A DNA stretch of 63,267 nt, filler included, from Collodictyon triciliatum (Eukaryota), in assembly GCA_043381765.1 (NCBI GenBank). It is 4 parts of 4 records of this genome, joined end to end, with 100 filler letters (N's around TTAATTAATTAA, not from the genome) between each part and the next. Parts side by side here need not be neighbours in the genome. Positions count along the whole stretch, not along the records: positions 24,574 to 49,025 come from JBHJMP010001085.1; positions 49,126 to 59,581 come from JBHJMP010001112.1; 2 more parts are not named here. One strand, written 5' to 3'. Below the pieces are notes generated by a model that saw nothing but the letters and a program-made list of their open reading frames with translations, had not been told where the DNA came from and did not search any database. Shown in pieces: positions 25,828 to 56,100 of the stretch. The translations under genes and the position numbers were made by a program. The stretch's first letter is position 1, and each line of letters starts with the position of its first letter.

Positions 25828-28800
25828 ATGTCCAGCGTCTATGCGGAGCAGCCTCCTTCCCAAACAACACAGGGCGGGCCTCTATTTCTGCGGCGATCAA
25901 CACCGCCTGCCGATCCATCTTCTGCTGATCCAAACACAACCGATCAAAAAGGCCTTCTGCGCAAATCATCCACGTCCTCCACAATATCCCTCCCCTTGTC
26001 GCTGTCCAAAGTCGCTCCGATGCCTGATCAGCAAAACTCCTCAAATCAAAGTCCCAACCCCGATGGCCTCTTGATTAATAGCGACCAAAACAATCCGAGT
26101 GGCAGCCGAAGTATCCACATGATCAATCCAGATGCTGAGCTGTCACCAAGGGTCGCATCCACACCTGCTTCCGCCCGAGCATATATTGTCCCAGAAACAG
26201 CCGAAGAGCAACCAACTAATGGGCGCAACCTTGGATCACACGGCCTCAGCGGTCGCCCCTTTGTGTTGCCAAAGCCTTCATTCTCAATGTTTGAGTGTCT
26301 GCCATCCATGGAAAACTTTTCGGCACTACGCCAACGGATTCGTGGATGGATGCGGCTATTGAAGGATTTTAGAGTGCGGCCTGACTCGTCGTGGCATGAC
26401 AATTTCGCACAGATATTGAACATATGCATTCTTTACAACACAATCATGCTTCCGTTGCGCCTTGCATTCTCTCCGGACACAATCGTCTATTACTTTTTGG
26501 ATTATCTTTGGGCAGACCCTATGTATCTTTTGGATATATTCTTTAATGCAAGGACAGCCTTTTCTCATGAAGGTTCACTGCAGACAAATGGGAAAAAGCT
26601 TTTTGACCGGTACAAATCATCCGGTGGGTTTTATCTCCACGCCTTTTGCACTATTCCCTGGGAAGTCCTTGCCCTTGCATGTGGTGGTGCAACTTGGATT
26701 CCTTACTTCCGTCTCAACAGAGTCTTCCGTCTGCTTTCTATGCCAAATGCTTTTGCAAGTGTAGAGAAACGTATCAGTCAGAATGTTAATGTCATTCGCC
26801 TTGTAAAGCTGTTTTTTGCTGTGTTGTTGTACGTCCACTGGGCTGGTTCCCTATGGTTTCTTATCGCTCAGTTCGAAACAGACAAGTATGATTCCTGGGG
26901 ACACCGATATCATGTTGATGAAGCTGAAAGCATAGACCAGTATATCACATCTATATACTGGGCACTAATTACTTTTGCAACTGTGGGATATGGTGACATC
27001 ACAGCATCAACGCGCCTTGAAAAGGTGTTTATTAATAACAAAAAAAATGTATCGGCCCTCGTCCACTATTTCAATAATGTCATGAAATTCTACATTTCTG
27101 AATGGATCCATGAGAAACATCTAATATACCTTCACTATTTTATTTTAATAGGTATACACCATTGTTGTTGTGTTCATCGGTGCTGCTGTATATGCGACTA
27201 TCTTCGGTAATATGACTAATTTAATTGCTTCCTTGGATGCTGACGGTCTTCGATATCGCGAAAAAATAGGAATGTTGAACGAATATATGAGGTTGATATG
27301 AGAATTTTCTTCATCTTACTGTCACATGCACATCATATTGTTAGTCATTATGATAATCAGTTGTTTGATACAAATCACCCTTTTTATCATAGTAAGTTCA
27401 TTATCTTTGACGTTTCTAATCTATTCATCAACAGATACCGTGGATTGCCTAACTCATTGAAAACCAGGATTAGAGACTATTACGACGTGATATGGAATCG
27501 ACATAAAGGTCTTGATGAAGCTGCAATACTAGATGATTTGCCACCTTCTCTCCGTTCTGATGTTGCTCTTTACCTTCACCACCACCTCGTGCAAAAAGTA
27601 CCTCTTTTCCAGGTTCGTTTAATTAATTATGGAGCCACATCTAAATAAATTTCTCTCTCTTTTTTTTCCCAAAAAAAGTAGCCTGTTCATACCACTACAG
27701 TTTCTCATTTATATTGTCAATTTTTTTAAACAGGATTGTGATATTCCCGGATTTATTAACTCTCTGGTAGTTAAGCTTCAGCCTCAGGTTAGCTGTGCTT
27801 TGCCTATAATATCTTTTGATAATACATGTATACGAAAAAAATATGCTTGACCGTATGTTTATGAAGCCAATTAATTGCTCTAACTTCCTTGATACGATTA
27901 CATTTCCGCACATACAAAAAATTAAGGTGGCATTACCTGGAGATTACATCATCAGACACGGGGAAATAGGCAGAGAAATGTATTTTCTTTCCAGAGGCCA
28001 AGTAGAGGTTATTTCTGGTGATGGCAACGTTGTTTATGCCACTCTGAATGAAGGAAGCTATTTTGGGGAGATTGCACTACTGTAATACTTCCTTTTGCTT
28101 TTAAAAAAAATGGTTATTTCATTTTGAACTTTTTTTTATGAACAATAAAAACAAACCCTCCCTCTTTTTTTTAAAAAAAAACTAGATTCGAAGCAAGGCG
28201 CATCGCGCATATCCGAACCACGACCTATTGTGACCTCCTGATGCTTACAAAAGATGACTTTGACTCTGTGCTGTGCTACTTTCCAACTCTTGTGGATGAA
28301 ATGCGAAGGAAAGCAAAGGAAAAAATCGGAGAACAAAGGATGCAAACTGCTGACAAGCCACCACCCAAGCCAACAGGGAAAGTTGGACTAATCCCACTCA
28401 CTGATGCAGAACAGAAAGAGTTTGACAAACGCGGAAATGGGCGACGCAGCTCAAATGCAGATGAGTCCGATAACGACAGTGGTGATGGCTCCGACGACGA
28501 CGAACCAAAGCGAAAAAACAGGCTCAGCAGTGTAGCAGTAGCAACCAATATAATGAAGGAAGCAGGGGGTTCTCTTCTGGCCGGACTCGCGGGCATTAAA
28601 GCCGCCATGAACTCAAGAGGCAGTTCTGAAACCCTAGATCCAGCGAGCTCCCACAAGGACTCCCCTGATGCGGTGGTCGGTGAAGCATCAGGGTCAGGGT
28701 TGGCTGCACAAAAGTCGTTATCCCTGCTGGAGCGCTTTGCAGAAGATGAGCGAGCTGCAGACCACCAACACATGAGTGTCACCGACATTACCTCCCAAGA

Positions 28801-30019
28801 AAACCACCCGAGTGAGACATCCTTCCACCGACCAGACCCGAACACACCTTTTTCTCCTCATATCCTCCGACAAGCAGCACATTTACCTCCGAGCACTCCT
28901 GTTTCAAATCCCCGTGAGCAATCTTACCCAAAAAAAGATAATACGCCGAATGTAATCAGTGTGGCTCCAGCAACACCCGTTCATTCTCACCACGGAAATA
29001 ATTCAGTTAGTGGTGGTGACAAACTGTCTTCAATCAAGAGTGACTTGAATGCAGCATTGACAGTCCAAAGCCTCACACAACTCCACCCCAGCAAATCCAC
29101 AGCAAACATGTCCGCCCTAAACGCTGGCGGAGGAGGACATAACGCATCTCCAAGCACAATAGTCACAGACATGGCAGTCCCGCAGCCATCGTATGCTGAT
29201 GTCACTACCGCGATTGTGGAGCCCGTTCCTTTTGCATTGATGGGAGGCGGGGCAAGAAGGCCGACAGGGAAGTCTAAAGACAAGTACATGCGCGCCAAAT
29301 GGAAGGCTGCCATGTATACCGCCTTGGCCCACAAATCAGAGCTAGAAGACCCAACCGAAGAGAGCCCGGCAGCGGGGCCCGCGAAGGAAGAACCAAGCAG
29401 CTGCCAGACGAAAGCTGGACGGCCACCCACACCGCCACCTGCCGAGCCACCGAAGCGACCGCAAACACCGACGGCAGCTTCAAGTCAACACGCTAGTCCT
29501 CTCCCTCTGCCTGCGGCGATTCAGGGCGACCCGAGTATCATCCACGCGGTGGTCAACACCCTGACCACAACAAACGACCCACACAACCCGGTGGTCGCAC
29601 AGTTGCAAGAGGCGGCAAAGCCAAATACTTTCTCGTCGGTGGAGTGGAAGGAATGGCTTCAGTTTATCGGGGACGAGATGCAAAAGACGCAAGCGACCAA
29701 TGTGGTTGCACAGGGCGAGCAGAGCCTTCAGGCGCAGAAGCAGCACAGTGCCGCACAGGACTTGTCTGTCATGAATCTGAGTCGCCCTTCCTCAAGGAGC
29801 GGTGCAGAAGCAATCGCCCCGCTTCCGGGCACAGCTTCGCCATCACAGCAGCAGCCACCACCTAGACGAAATCGGCGGATGAGCTATGTGCAGGGTACTT
29901 GGGTAAAAGTCCCCGACCTTCCGCCGCACTTATCACCAGCCATGGCGTCTTCGTCTTCATCTTCATCTCTTCTGCAGGCAAATGCAGCCCATCAAGGACG
30001 GGCTAATGAGCCCAGCTGA
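25828..30019 (+). CDS. 6-TM cyclic-nucleotide-binding-domain ion channel with K+-type filter (CNG/HCN/KCNH superfamily)
   Basis: S4 YFRLNRVFRL, pore YWALITFATVGYGDI, C-linker (LPPSLRSDVALYL..LVQKVPLF), CNBD (PGDYIIRHGEIGREMYF, GSYFGEIALLFEARRIAHIRT), long low-complexity C-tail. Confidence 0.92.
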
Positions 30020-30472
30020 GCAAAAGAGCGTACCAATATACCCCATCCCCTATGCAAATGGGATTCCCTCTAGCAACATCCTGCAACCAAAGTGCAGGAA
30101 TATGTTTATTTTTTTCTCTCTTTCGTCTTTTGTATGATTATTCCCACCTCCTTCGAATCAGACAGCACTTTGACTATACAAAGACTCATAATATCGAATA
30201 TGCCCAATGAGCCATGCTCATCATTATATCTCGTTGCTGTGGTCGTCTCTCTCTCTCTCTCTCCCTTTTTTTTTCATACCCTTTTATATAACCTATAAAC
30301 CATGTCTTGACTGATATCGCCCTCATGATTGATGTAAATGGATTTATTTCACTAATACGGGTCTTCCAAAGACGAAAACGAAAAGCAAGCACAGCCCAGG
30401 AAGAGGAAAAGGAAGAAAACAAGGGAAGAAAATGAGATTTAACAGATTTAGGAAATGATAATATCTTAGGCT

Positions 30473-31692
30473 TTAGCTTCTTTGCAGTAAAGGATGTTTG
30501 AAGTCCGGGTGATGCCGTGCCCAAACGCTGCATGACTTTGGCCTCGCCTTGGGCGCAGAGAAATCAGCGTATTGGCTCTGTTGGAGCCACCCGCCATACA
30601 CGTAATTGAGGCAGAGAACCACATCTCGTGGGAGAAACTTTGCGTAGTATCCGGGCTCGTTGTGGTCGCTCACATGGTTGGAAGAGACAAAAAAGAACGG
30701 ATCTTTTGTGTCTGGATTGAGCCCGACTCTGTCTGTGTGGATGCTTGCATATGTGCGGTTCAGAATGCGGGTGAGATTGAATGCCTTGACTGGCAAACGG
30801 AGCGTCCGTATCATATCAGCCAAAATCCTCCTCTTGTCGGTGTGCATAGTTTCGTATCGCTGGTTGTATTGGGAATGGGGAAGCCACAGCAAATACTCTA
30901 CAAAGCTGTCGTGGAGCATCATGCGGCAGCTGCGGTAGTTCTTTTCGGGCCGTTTGCTGCACCCTAGAAAGTCTTTGCGGATGAGTGAGGAGAGCACATC
31001 CCGCAGGTCGCGGTGGGACGTGAAGACAAACGTGGCTCGCTCAAGGAAGGTCGGATCGAAGTAGTGTGTCTTTGCAATTAGGACCTGTGAGTCAAACGAC
31101 GCAGGGAGCTTCTTTGCAAAGTTGAATTCGCGCGGGCCGACTGATATTGCTAGAGATTGCACAGATATTTTTGCGGCCCGTAGGATTTCGGTCAATGCGG
31201 CGTATTGCCATGTGCTGCCTGATCGCATCATCCCAGCGGCCATGATGATGGTCTTGTCTGGAAGCAGTAGCCGAAGATCAGACGTTTCTTTCCCAACAGG
31301 TCGACGAAGAAGCGAGCGAGAACTGTTCTTTGGCTGCGGATAAAGGCCTGCATCTATTTGGTTGAATTATTATTTTATTATTGTTGTTGAATACGCTTTA
31401 TTTTTTTCTCTCCTTCTTGATCTGAAGCTGAACGGTCAAGTATCATCTTGAAAGAAAAAAATAAGAGTTGCGGTGCTTCCATTCCCTTATTTATATGGGT
31501 ATATGATTTTTCTCGGTGATTGTGTTTGAGGAAAAAAGCGTGTGTTGGGGAGATTTGTTTACCTTTGTTCTTTGCAGCCGAATCGAGTGCTTTGTGTGTT
31601 GGCCACCGCGCAAGTATTTGGCTCGGGAAGAGGAAAACGCAGGACAGAACGCACAGCGTGACTGCGCAGGGGAAAAAGGCCGACTTGTTCAT
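30473..31692 (-). CDS. Type II membrane (Golgi-type) sulfotransferase, 2 exons
   Basis: Exon 1 (31692-31563) encodes a signal anchor, FFPCAVTLCVLSCVFLF. Exon 2 (31347-30473) has 5'-PSB GMMRSGSTW, KTH and 3'-PB HRDLRDVLSS. Confidence 0.8.
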
Positions 31693-32309
31693 TCGCGCGT
31701 TGGGTTTTTGCTGGAATCGTGTTTTGATGCCTTCGCAGATCGTTTCTGCAAGCGCGTGGCTTTTGGCTGTTGTGTGTCTGTCTTCTCTGTTTGGGCATCG
31801 CAACGACCGGGTTGTTCATCCTCTGCAATAGATATAAATATGGAAAATAATAATATAATTATTTTATTCAATCAATTTATATTTATGCAGTTACATGTAT
31901 ATAAAAATGTTAGAAAAAGTAATAAATTTGTAGATATGTAAAAGTCGTGTATAATTCAAAGAAAAACGTCGGGATTGTTTTTGAGATGCCACAGATTAAT
32001 CAAACTTTCTTTTGTTCGCGAGTATTGGCACAATCAAAGCCGAAGGGGAAAATATACATTCGTTGTTGTCAAAGCTTGAAAAAAAAAGAAAGAAAAAGAA
32101 AAGAAGATCCGAGTCAACCAACACAAACTTCTGCAGTCATTCATCATGTTTCCCCCCCTTCGTCCATTTTACGAAGGAGCTTAAACTATTTGCCTCCTCC
32201 AAGGATCAGCGCTGAAGCTATCCTTTCCTGTTTTCATTCCTCTTTGTTCACCCCTGTAGTATAGCTTGGAGTTTGCAGAGGCAGAGAGCGGGACTAAGCA
32301 GAAGAAACT

Positions 32310-48889
<16,580 letters not shown>

Positions 48890-49025
48890 GTAAGTTTCTT
48901 TTAATTTAATTTCATTCGTAGTTTCTTTTACTTTTACTTTTACTTTTACTTTTACTTTTACTTTTACTTTTACTTTTACTTTTACTTTTACTTTTACTTT
49001 TACTTTTACTTTTACTTTTACTTTT

Positions 49026-49125
49026 NNNNNNNNNNNNNNNNNNNNNNNNNNNNNNNNNNNNNNNNNNNNTTAATTAATTAANNNNNNNNNNNNNNNNNNN
49101 NNNNNNNNNNNNNNNNNNNNNNNNN
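49026..49125. other. Artificial assembly spacer N44-TTAATTAATTAA-N44
   Basis: Linker at 49070-49081; truncates the TOR 3' end and the HAS1 5' end. Confidence 0.97.
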
Positions 49126-49371
49126 GGGGGGGGGGGGGGGCTTTGTTTTTTTTTTTTTTTCTTGTTTTTTTTTTTTTTTTTGCTCTGTCTATTGTATTGC
49201 AAATCATGTTTTATAATTTTATTGATATATCTTAATGTATAAATATATTCATTTGAGTATTTTTATTTATTTTATTTATTTTTACGCTTTGCAGAATGTG
49301 CCAGTCATAGAAAGCTACATAATTGATTTATCCGATAAAAAAATGTATTAAAGTACCATTATATGATTACA

Positions 49372-50746
49372 GAGTCCATCCTGCTCAAGAGCATGATGAC
49401 CGACCAGCCCTTCGAAGGCTTACCGATCAGCGAGAACACAAAGAAAGGACTCAAAGACCATAATTTTGTCAATATGACTCAGGTACAGGCACAGTGCATT
49501 CCACCACTACTTTCTGGCAAAGATGTTCTCGGCCAGGCTCGCACTGGTACGGGAAAGACCCTTGCTTTTCTCATTCCTGCACTCGAGCTTCTTGCGTCAG
49601 CAAAGTTTATGCCTCGCAATGGTGAGATGATCATAACAGCTTTATCACTCGCAATGTCATGAAGTTTTGAAGGATTTTGTGTGCAACTTCAAAACTGCTA
49701 GGTCTTTTCTTTTGTATGTACATTTTTATTGGCTCTTTTACATAATCCATTTATACTATCCTATAGGAACTGGTGTCCTTATCATCTCCCCAACGCGAGA
49801 ACTTTGTTTGCAGATTTACGGCATCGCTAGGGATTTAATGAAGTACCATGTGAGTCTGCTATTAAACATGACCTAAATAATTTAGTTTTTATTAATCATT
49901 CGCATTTGACTCAACTGAAGGAGGCGCTGTTAATATTGAATTTAATAAATCATAATATCATCCATTTTTTACAGAATCAAACGCACGGCATTGTCATTGG
50001 AGGAGCTAATCGTCGCGTCGAAGCAGAGAAACTTGCCAAGGGAATCAATCTGCTAGTTGCTACCCCTGGCCGTCTCCTAGACCATCTTAGTGTAAGCTTT
50101 GTCAGTCATTCTACATTTGTATTCAATCATACATTTTAATTTAAATCACCCCTAATATTTTGTATTGCGTCGATTTATCACAGAGCACCCCTGGTTTCAT
50201 CTATAAGAACCTACAAATGCTCATCATTGATGAAGCTGATCGTATTCTCGAGATTGGTTTTGAGGAGGATATGAAACAGATTATCAAGTTGCTACCAAAA
50301 GGTAAACTTGCTGAAATTATTAACTTGAGGTTTCTTTGCTTTGATATGCTTCCGTTTACCACCAACCCCCTATTTATCCTCACTTTGACCATCATTATGT
50401 ATTTTGCAATCATTAGACCGAAAAACCGCCCTCTTCTCCGCTACACAAACAAGAAATGTGAAAGATTTAGCTCGGTTGGCAATTAAGGTAAATGAAGCCA
50501 GGTCTCGGGTTTGTCGTAACCCAAGTGCAAAGTAAAAATAATAATAATAAACCTGATGAAATGATTCAGCATATATTCTAATTAAACTATCCTCTTCGAT
50601 CTTTAAAGGACACTCCGATCTATATTGGTATCGATGATGAAAAAGATGTCAGTACTGCGCTTGGACTAGAGCAGGTATTCTTTTTCATTCCAAAATAAGG
50701 GAAGTTGCATGGCAATATATTCAAATCAATTAATGGCCCTTTTTTT

Positions 50747-50826
<80 letters not shown>

Positions 50827-52513
50827 GTCGACCGCAACCTTACCAGAATTCCTCTTTTATGATTCCAAATAACAATAAAACGTATATTGAAATCAGGGCT
50901 ATGTCATTTGCCCAAGCCAAGGCCGGTTCCTGCTATTATTTACATTCCTCAAGAAGAACCTCAAAAAGAAAGTGATTGTCTTCTTTTCTACCTGTAAATC
51001 CGTAAATTTCCATGCCGAGCTTCTCAACTACATCGACATTCCTGTGCTTGAATTACACGGCAAGCAAAGCCAGAATAAGCGAACCACTACATTCTTTGAA
51101 TTTGTCAATGCACAGAGGTTTGTCACCTCATACAAATCCAATCCAACGATGAACTAGTGTCACTCTTGTTATGATTTAATTGGACGGTGTGTCTCAAATA
51201 TCTTTATCATTGTATGTAGTGGCATTCTGCTTTGTACAGATGTCGCTGCTCGTGGTTTGGATATCCCTGCTGTCGACTGGATTATCCAATACGACCCTCC
51301 AGATGACCCTCGTGTAATTTCTACATAATTGTTTAGCAGCGTAGAGATAAAAGAAAAAGAAAAAACCTGTTCTTTTACTCAACAGCGTGGGTATACTAGG
51401 AATATATTCATCGAGTCGGTCGTACGGCTCGTGCTGGGGGGCGGGGTCGAGCTTTGCTCTTTTTGTTACCTCAAGAAGTTGGATTCTTAAAGTACCCACA
51501 ATATTTTTTTTTAAAACTTATATTTAAAAAAAAATGGACCATCAATGTTTGGATATATAAGGTGTTGTATGAATCCGTTGAGTGCTTCTCTCTTCACCGT
51601 TCAATTATATATACAATAATGAAAAAGGTATCTCAAGCAAGCAAAGGTGCCACTCAACGAATACGACTTTCCCCAGAATAAAATCGCTAATGTGCAAGAC
51701 CAGGTGTGTATCTATCCCATTCACCTAATCTCCTCAATGCTGCAATTATTCAATTAAACGTGTGTAATGAAAACGCAATAGCTGGAAAAGCTCTTGGAGA
51801 CAAACTACTATCTCAACAAGTCTTCACGCGAAGCATACCGGTACAATGCGCGTCTTAAATGAAGTTTGATAAACCATATTTGCGGTGCACTAAAGCCCCA
51901 TCCACTTATCGTCATAGCGCGTATATCCTCGCCTACCATTCGCACTCCCTGAAAAGCATATTTGATGTTGGAAGACTCGATTTACTCGCAGTGGCAAAGT
52001 CCTTCGGCTTTACAAACCCACCAAAGATTGAACTCGGTGCGTGTTTATAATATAGTATGGTATGCAAAAAAAAAAAAAAGAAACTCATTCACCTCACCTC
52101 CTTTATTTTGATAGTTGCTCCAAAAGCCCGTCGGAGGGAGTATGTCGGCACAGACGGGGCCAAGAAAGGAATCAAAAAGATCCGAACCTAGTATGCTCTC
52201 AATAACTTCATTCAGATACACATACACACCCTAGCATGCAAATAAGACTCCTTCCCTTCATGGATGAACACCTTTGTCACTCTAATCCTTTCTTTTTTCT
52301 TTTTTCTTTTTTCTTTTTTTCTTTTTTCTTTTTTTCTTTTTTCTTTTTTCTTTTTTCTTTTTTCTTTTTTCTTTTTTCTTTTTTCTTTTTTCTTTTTTCT
52401 TTTTTCTTTTTTCTTTTTTCTTTTTTCTTTTCTCACAAAGTGGGCCTCACGGCTTCAGCGAGGACGATCCGTACGGAAAAACCAAAGCCTCTGCCCCGCA
52501 GATAACTCGCTGA
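49372..52513 (+). CDS. DDX18: DEAD-box RNA helicase HAS1/DDX18 (5'-partial)
   Basis: Q motif [108 protein letters not shown] 52511-52513. Confidence 0.95.
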
Positions 52514-53135
52514 GTAAACTCTCCCTCTTTCCCCACAACCTGCTTTCGTATCCCAATCCTATATTTCTTATTTTATCCCCTCTTTTGTTTCCCTCACCAC
52601 AGCCAAAGCAGCCGCCCGACTGGATAAAACTTCGCATCAAGAAAGTGCTTATCATCGACTTTGTATATTTATTTTGGCTAGTATCAGGAGAGTGGAAGGG
52701 AAGTGCTCGGACCGGGCTTTGGGGGCTGTTGTCCAGGAGTCTTTTCAGAAAAGGAGTGCGATGGCTTGGGGAGTGGTTTCTCCGCCCGTCGAAAATGAAT
52801 GGCTCGTGGAGGTGGAAGAGGCAAGAGAAGAATGGGAGCGAGTGGGGAGAGAGCAACAGACACGTATCATGGGCGGTGTTTTCCACTAATCATACATTCA
52901 TAATGTGTGTTCTGTTCTGGGTGATTGAGAGAGAAGGAGCGAAGGGAAAGGGGGTGTCTGACTCTGTTTACGTCCACTCGTCGAAGTGGCCAGAGTGTGT
53001 TCTGCGGGCCTCCACCCAACAGTTGCGGACAATATTGACGACGTTGTTGTTCTTGGTGTCTCTCTTGTTGATGGTGATGCCATCAAACTTCAATCATCTG
53101 TTAAGACAGACGCGCATATACCCGGCTATTGACCT

Positions 53136-56100
53136 TTACCAGTCCCCAGACGGTGCGATAGTTGCGTTGGGCGCCGTGTTTGTGACTGGCGCGGGTGTCC
53201 TCTTTCTTGCATAAAACATATCGTATGTCCGGCCTCCGTACGTGTATGACTTTTGGCGGTCTTCGAACTCGATGTCTGCATCGTCTCCAATCAGGCCGCG
53301 CGTGACATGAGACACATTGATGCATCCAGGCGTCCCGTTTGATTCCATCTTGGATGCAACGTTGACATTCTCTCCCCAGATGTCAAAGACCTGAGTGAAG
53401 GAAGCGATGTGAATTGTTAGTGCCTGCGGTATGCTTGGGCACTTGCGGCGACTCAAGTAGCCAATCATTTTTCAAAAGATAAAAAAAAAATCAATATGTT
53501 AAACAGATAAGCATACGAATAATGTCTGTCTTTTTAAAGTTTAATGGAAGCTTTTGCGCGCGGTTGTTGATATAAAAAAAATACATAGAAATATACGTCA
53601 TTTATTGCTTGTAATATATAAACGCGCATAGGAAAATGAATTGCTCCTTTTTTTTCTCTTTTTCATTTTTCGTACCATCTTGCTCAATCCAACGATGCCA
53701 CCTACAACCGGGCCACTGTGAACTCCGATGCGCACATTCACACGAAGTCCTTCAATCTCAGGGTACGCTGCAACAATCGAAGCCATCGCAAGCCCCATTT
53801 CTACTGTTACCTGGTAAACGAATGCCCCAACAAGAAAACACCTTTAATTCAATCTCCAAGACTTATTTATACATACATAAATCCCTCGTTATGAACCCAC
53901 GAAACTCCTCTCCATGGATTGATTCAGTCTTTCGCAGGCTTGTTCAACCGGAAAAAAAATGATTATAGAAACAATAGGAACCTTGGCATGGTCTGGACGA
54001 GGATATGGGAGCCCGCAGACTACCATATATGCGTCGCCTGTCAACCATTATTTATTTATCGTTAGTTGTTTTCGTAATTATAATATGTTTTTAAAAAATA
54101 TGGATGAAACATTTAAAACACTGTTTCACATAGTCTTAAATGCTACTACTCTAAAATCCTTACCAATCGTCTTGATTTTTTCCAATCCTTTTTCTTCGGC
54201 GAATGAATCGAACTGTTACGATAGGTAAGATGGTACATAAATAAGGTATTGACATCCCCTTGATTGGGCCCAATGTTTGGAAGAATACAAAATGAGGAGG
54301 TATATTGAATGAGGGGGAAAAATCCAAAATGAAATGAAAAATACCTGGCAAAAGAGGTTATTGAGCATGGTAACGATGCTGCGCGCGTCCAACTTAGATG
54401 ACAAGACAGTGAAACTGTTGGGTTATTTATTGGTTATGATTCAGTTCCTTAAAAGAAAAAACAAAAACAAAAACAAAAAAGGGGGTAATGCTTGGGTTTT
54501 AAAACGGTGGAATTGGTGAAAATCCATACCCGACAATGTCAGCGAACAAAACAGAGGCATTATCGTAGGAATCAATTAACCGCCCGTCTCCACCTCTCAT
54601 CTTGTCAATTACAGCTTCAGGAAGGATATTGTCTAAATTTCAAGAAAATTGGGAAACAATCAGCTTGCTCCTTTAAACATTAATAAAATAAAATAAAACC
54701 GAAAAATAGACATAAGAGATGGACATGGCTTATTTTGCTAGGTATTGCTTACGCAAAAGTCTCTCCGATTCCTCTCGCTGTTTGATGACTTTAGCTCTTT
54801 CTTCATCGGCCATGTGGGACATAAGGAATTCACACCTAGTCATTAAAAAAAATGTGTAAATATGAGTCTGTCACCCCAGAACAGTCATAGTACAGTCAGT
54901 TACCGATTGTGCTTCTCGACCATTCCAGCAGTCACTTGGCCAAACAAGGTGATGGTCGCATAGAATAGAATGGCGTGGACATCAAACTCTTTCATGTTAA
55001 AGAAGATGCAGAACAGCTAGATGGATTCGAGGTGTCGATTAGAATCTATGAGCACGGAATTATGGTTGTCTTTGAAGTAACATCCGTGGGTGTAGTTAAC
55101 TATTCGCCAGAGATAAAGGTTTTAAACATAGAATTACAGCGAATATCCCTAGTGTGAGCATGACGATGGCATTGGAGACAACGTATGGGATTCGCGAGCT
55201 CATGAAAGTCAAAATTGAAAAGATCTGCGTGATTTGGAAATAGAAGCGGACCACGGTTGACGTGTCCATCCTGTATTGAAAGACATAAAATATTATGAGT
55301 TGCTTTTCATATCCAGTTCTATGCTTCCATTTTTCTTTAAATGTGTCAAATATGTCAGGAAAACTGAAAAAAAATCATGCCCGTTGCATTGGCAAACCTG
55401 TAATAAATAAGCAGGCATAAAAGAACCATGTGCACACTAATCACACTGTAGACATTCATCAGATATCCCATATCAGGCTTCAGCTTGGTAACACCGATTA
55501 ATGCCATCTAGAAAGTTTTATTAAATGTAAATAAATAAATAAAAAATACCACAAAATTGCAGATTGGTAGAGTAATAGTTTAACAAAATTCCCAGTGGCA
55601 CATAGCGTGCTTTAACGATGGTGAACAATGTGTAGTCTTGATATTAACAGAGTATGAATAACCTGGAATAACGCACAAACACCCATGGAGAGGTAATAGA
55701 GGGAAATATCGTGCGAAGCTGTGGAGAAACGGAGAATTCCAGGGCCAACCGCCATCATTATACCGATGTAAAGGAGAGTGACATTTATCATCACTTCGTT
55801 TCCTTTCCGCATTTGGGATTCACGAAACTCCTTTTCAACATGAGGCTCTGTAAAGGTCAGGATAGTTCCATGTACCAGTTTGATTTTGGATGACAGGACA
55901 GCATCAAGCTCGTCATTCCTCTTCTTCATAGCTTCACGAGCCTTACGCTTCTTTCTCTCTGCAGCAGAAAGTTTCTTATCTCCGTTGTTTTCGTCTAGAT
56001 ATGGTTTGATATTACTCTAATGGTACTTTATGGCGAATCATATGGATTTAACCTCATACTCTTCTTATTTTCCTGTTGTAAAATAGAATTCTGTTGTTGT

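Noticed and set aside
50488-50608. Possible intronic box C/D snoRNA in HAS1 (also ATGATGA near 18354 in ARL2)
   Set aside because: No proper C box and D box pair with terminal stem and no recognisable rRNA complementarity.
52264-53214. 316-aa + strand ORF
   Set aside because: It spans a HAS1 repeat-filled intron, its last exon out of frame, convergent 3' UTRs and the cyclase antisense; no protein-like features.
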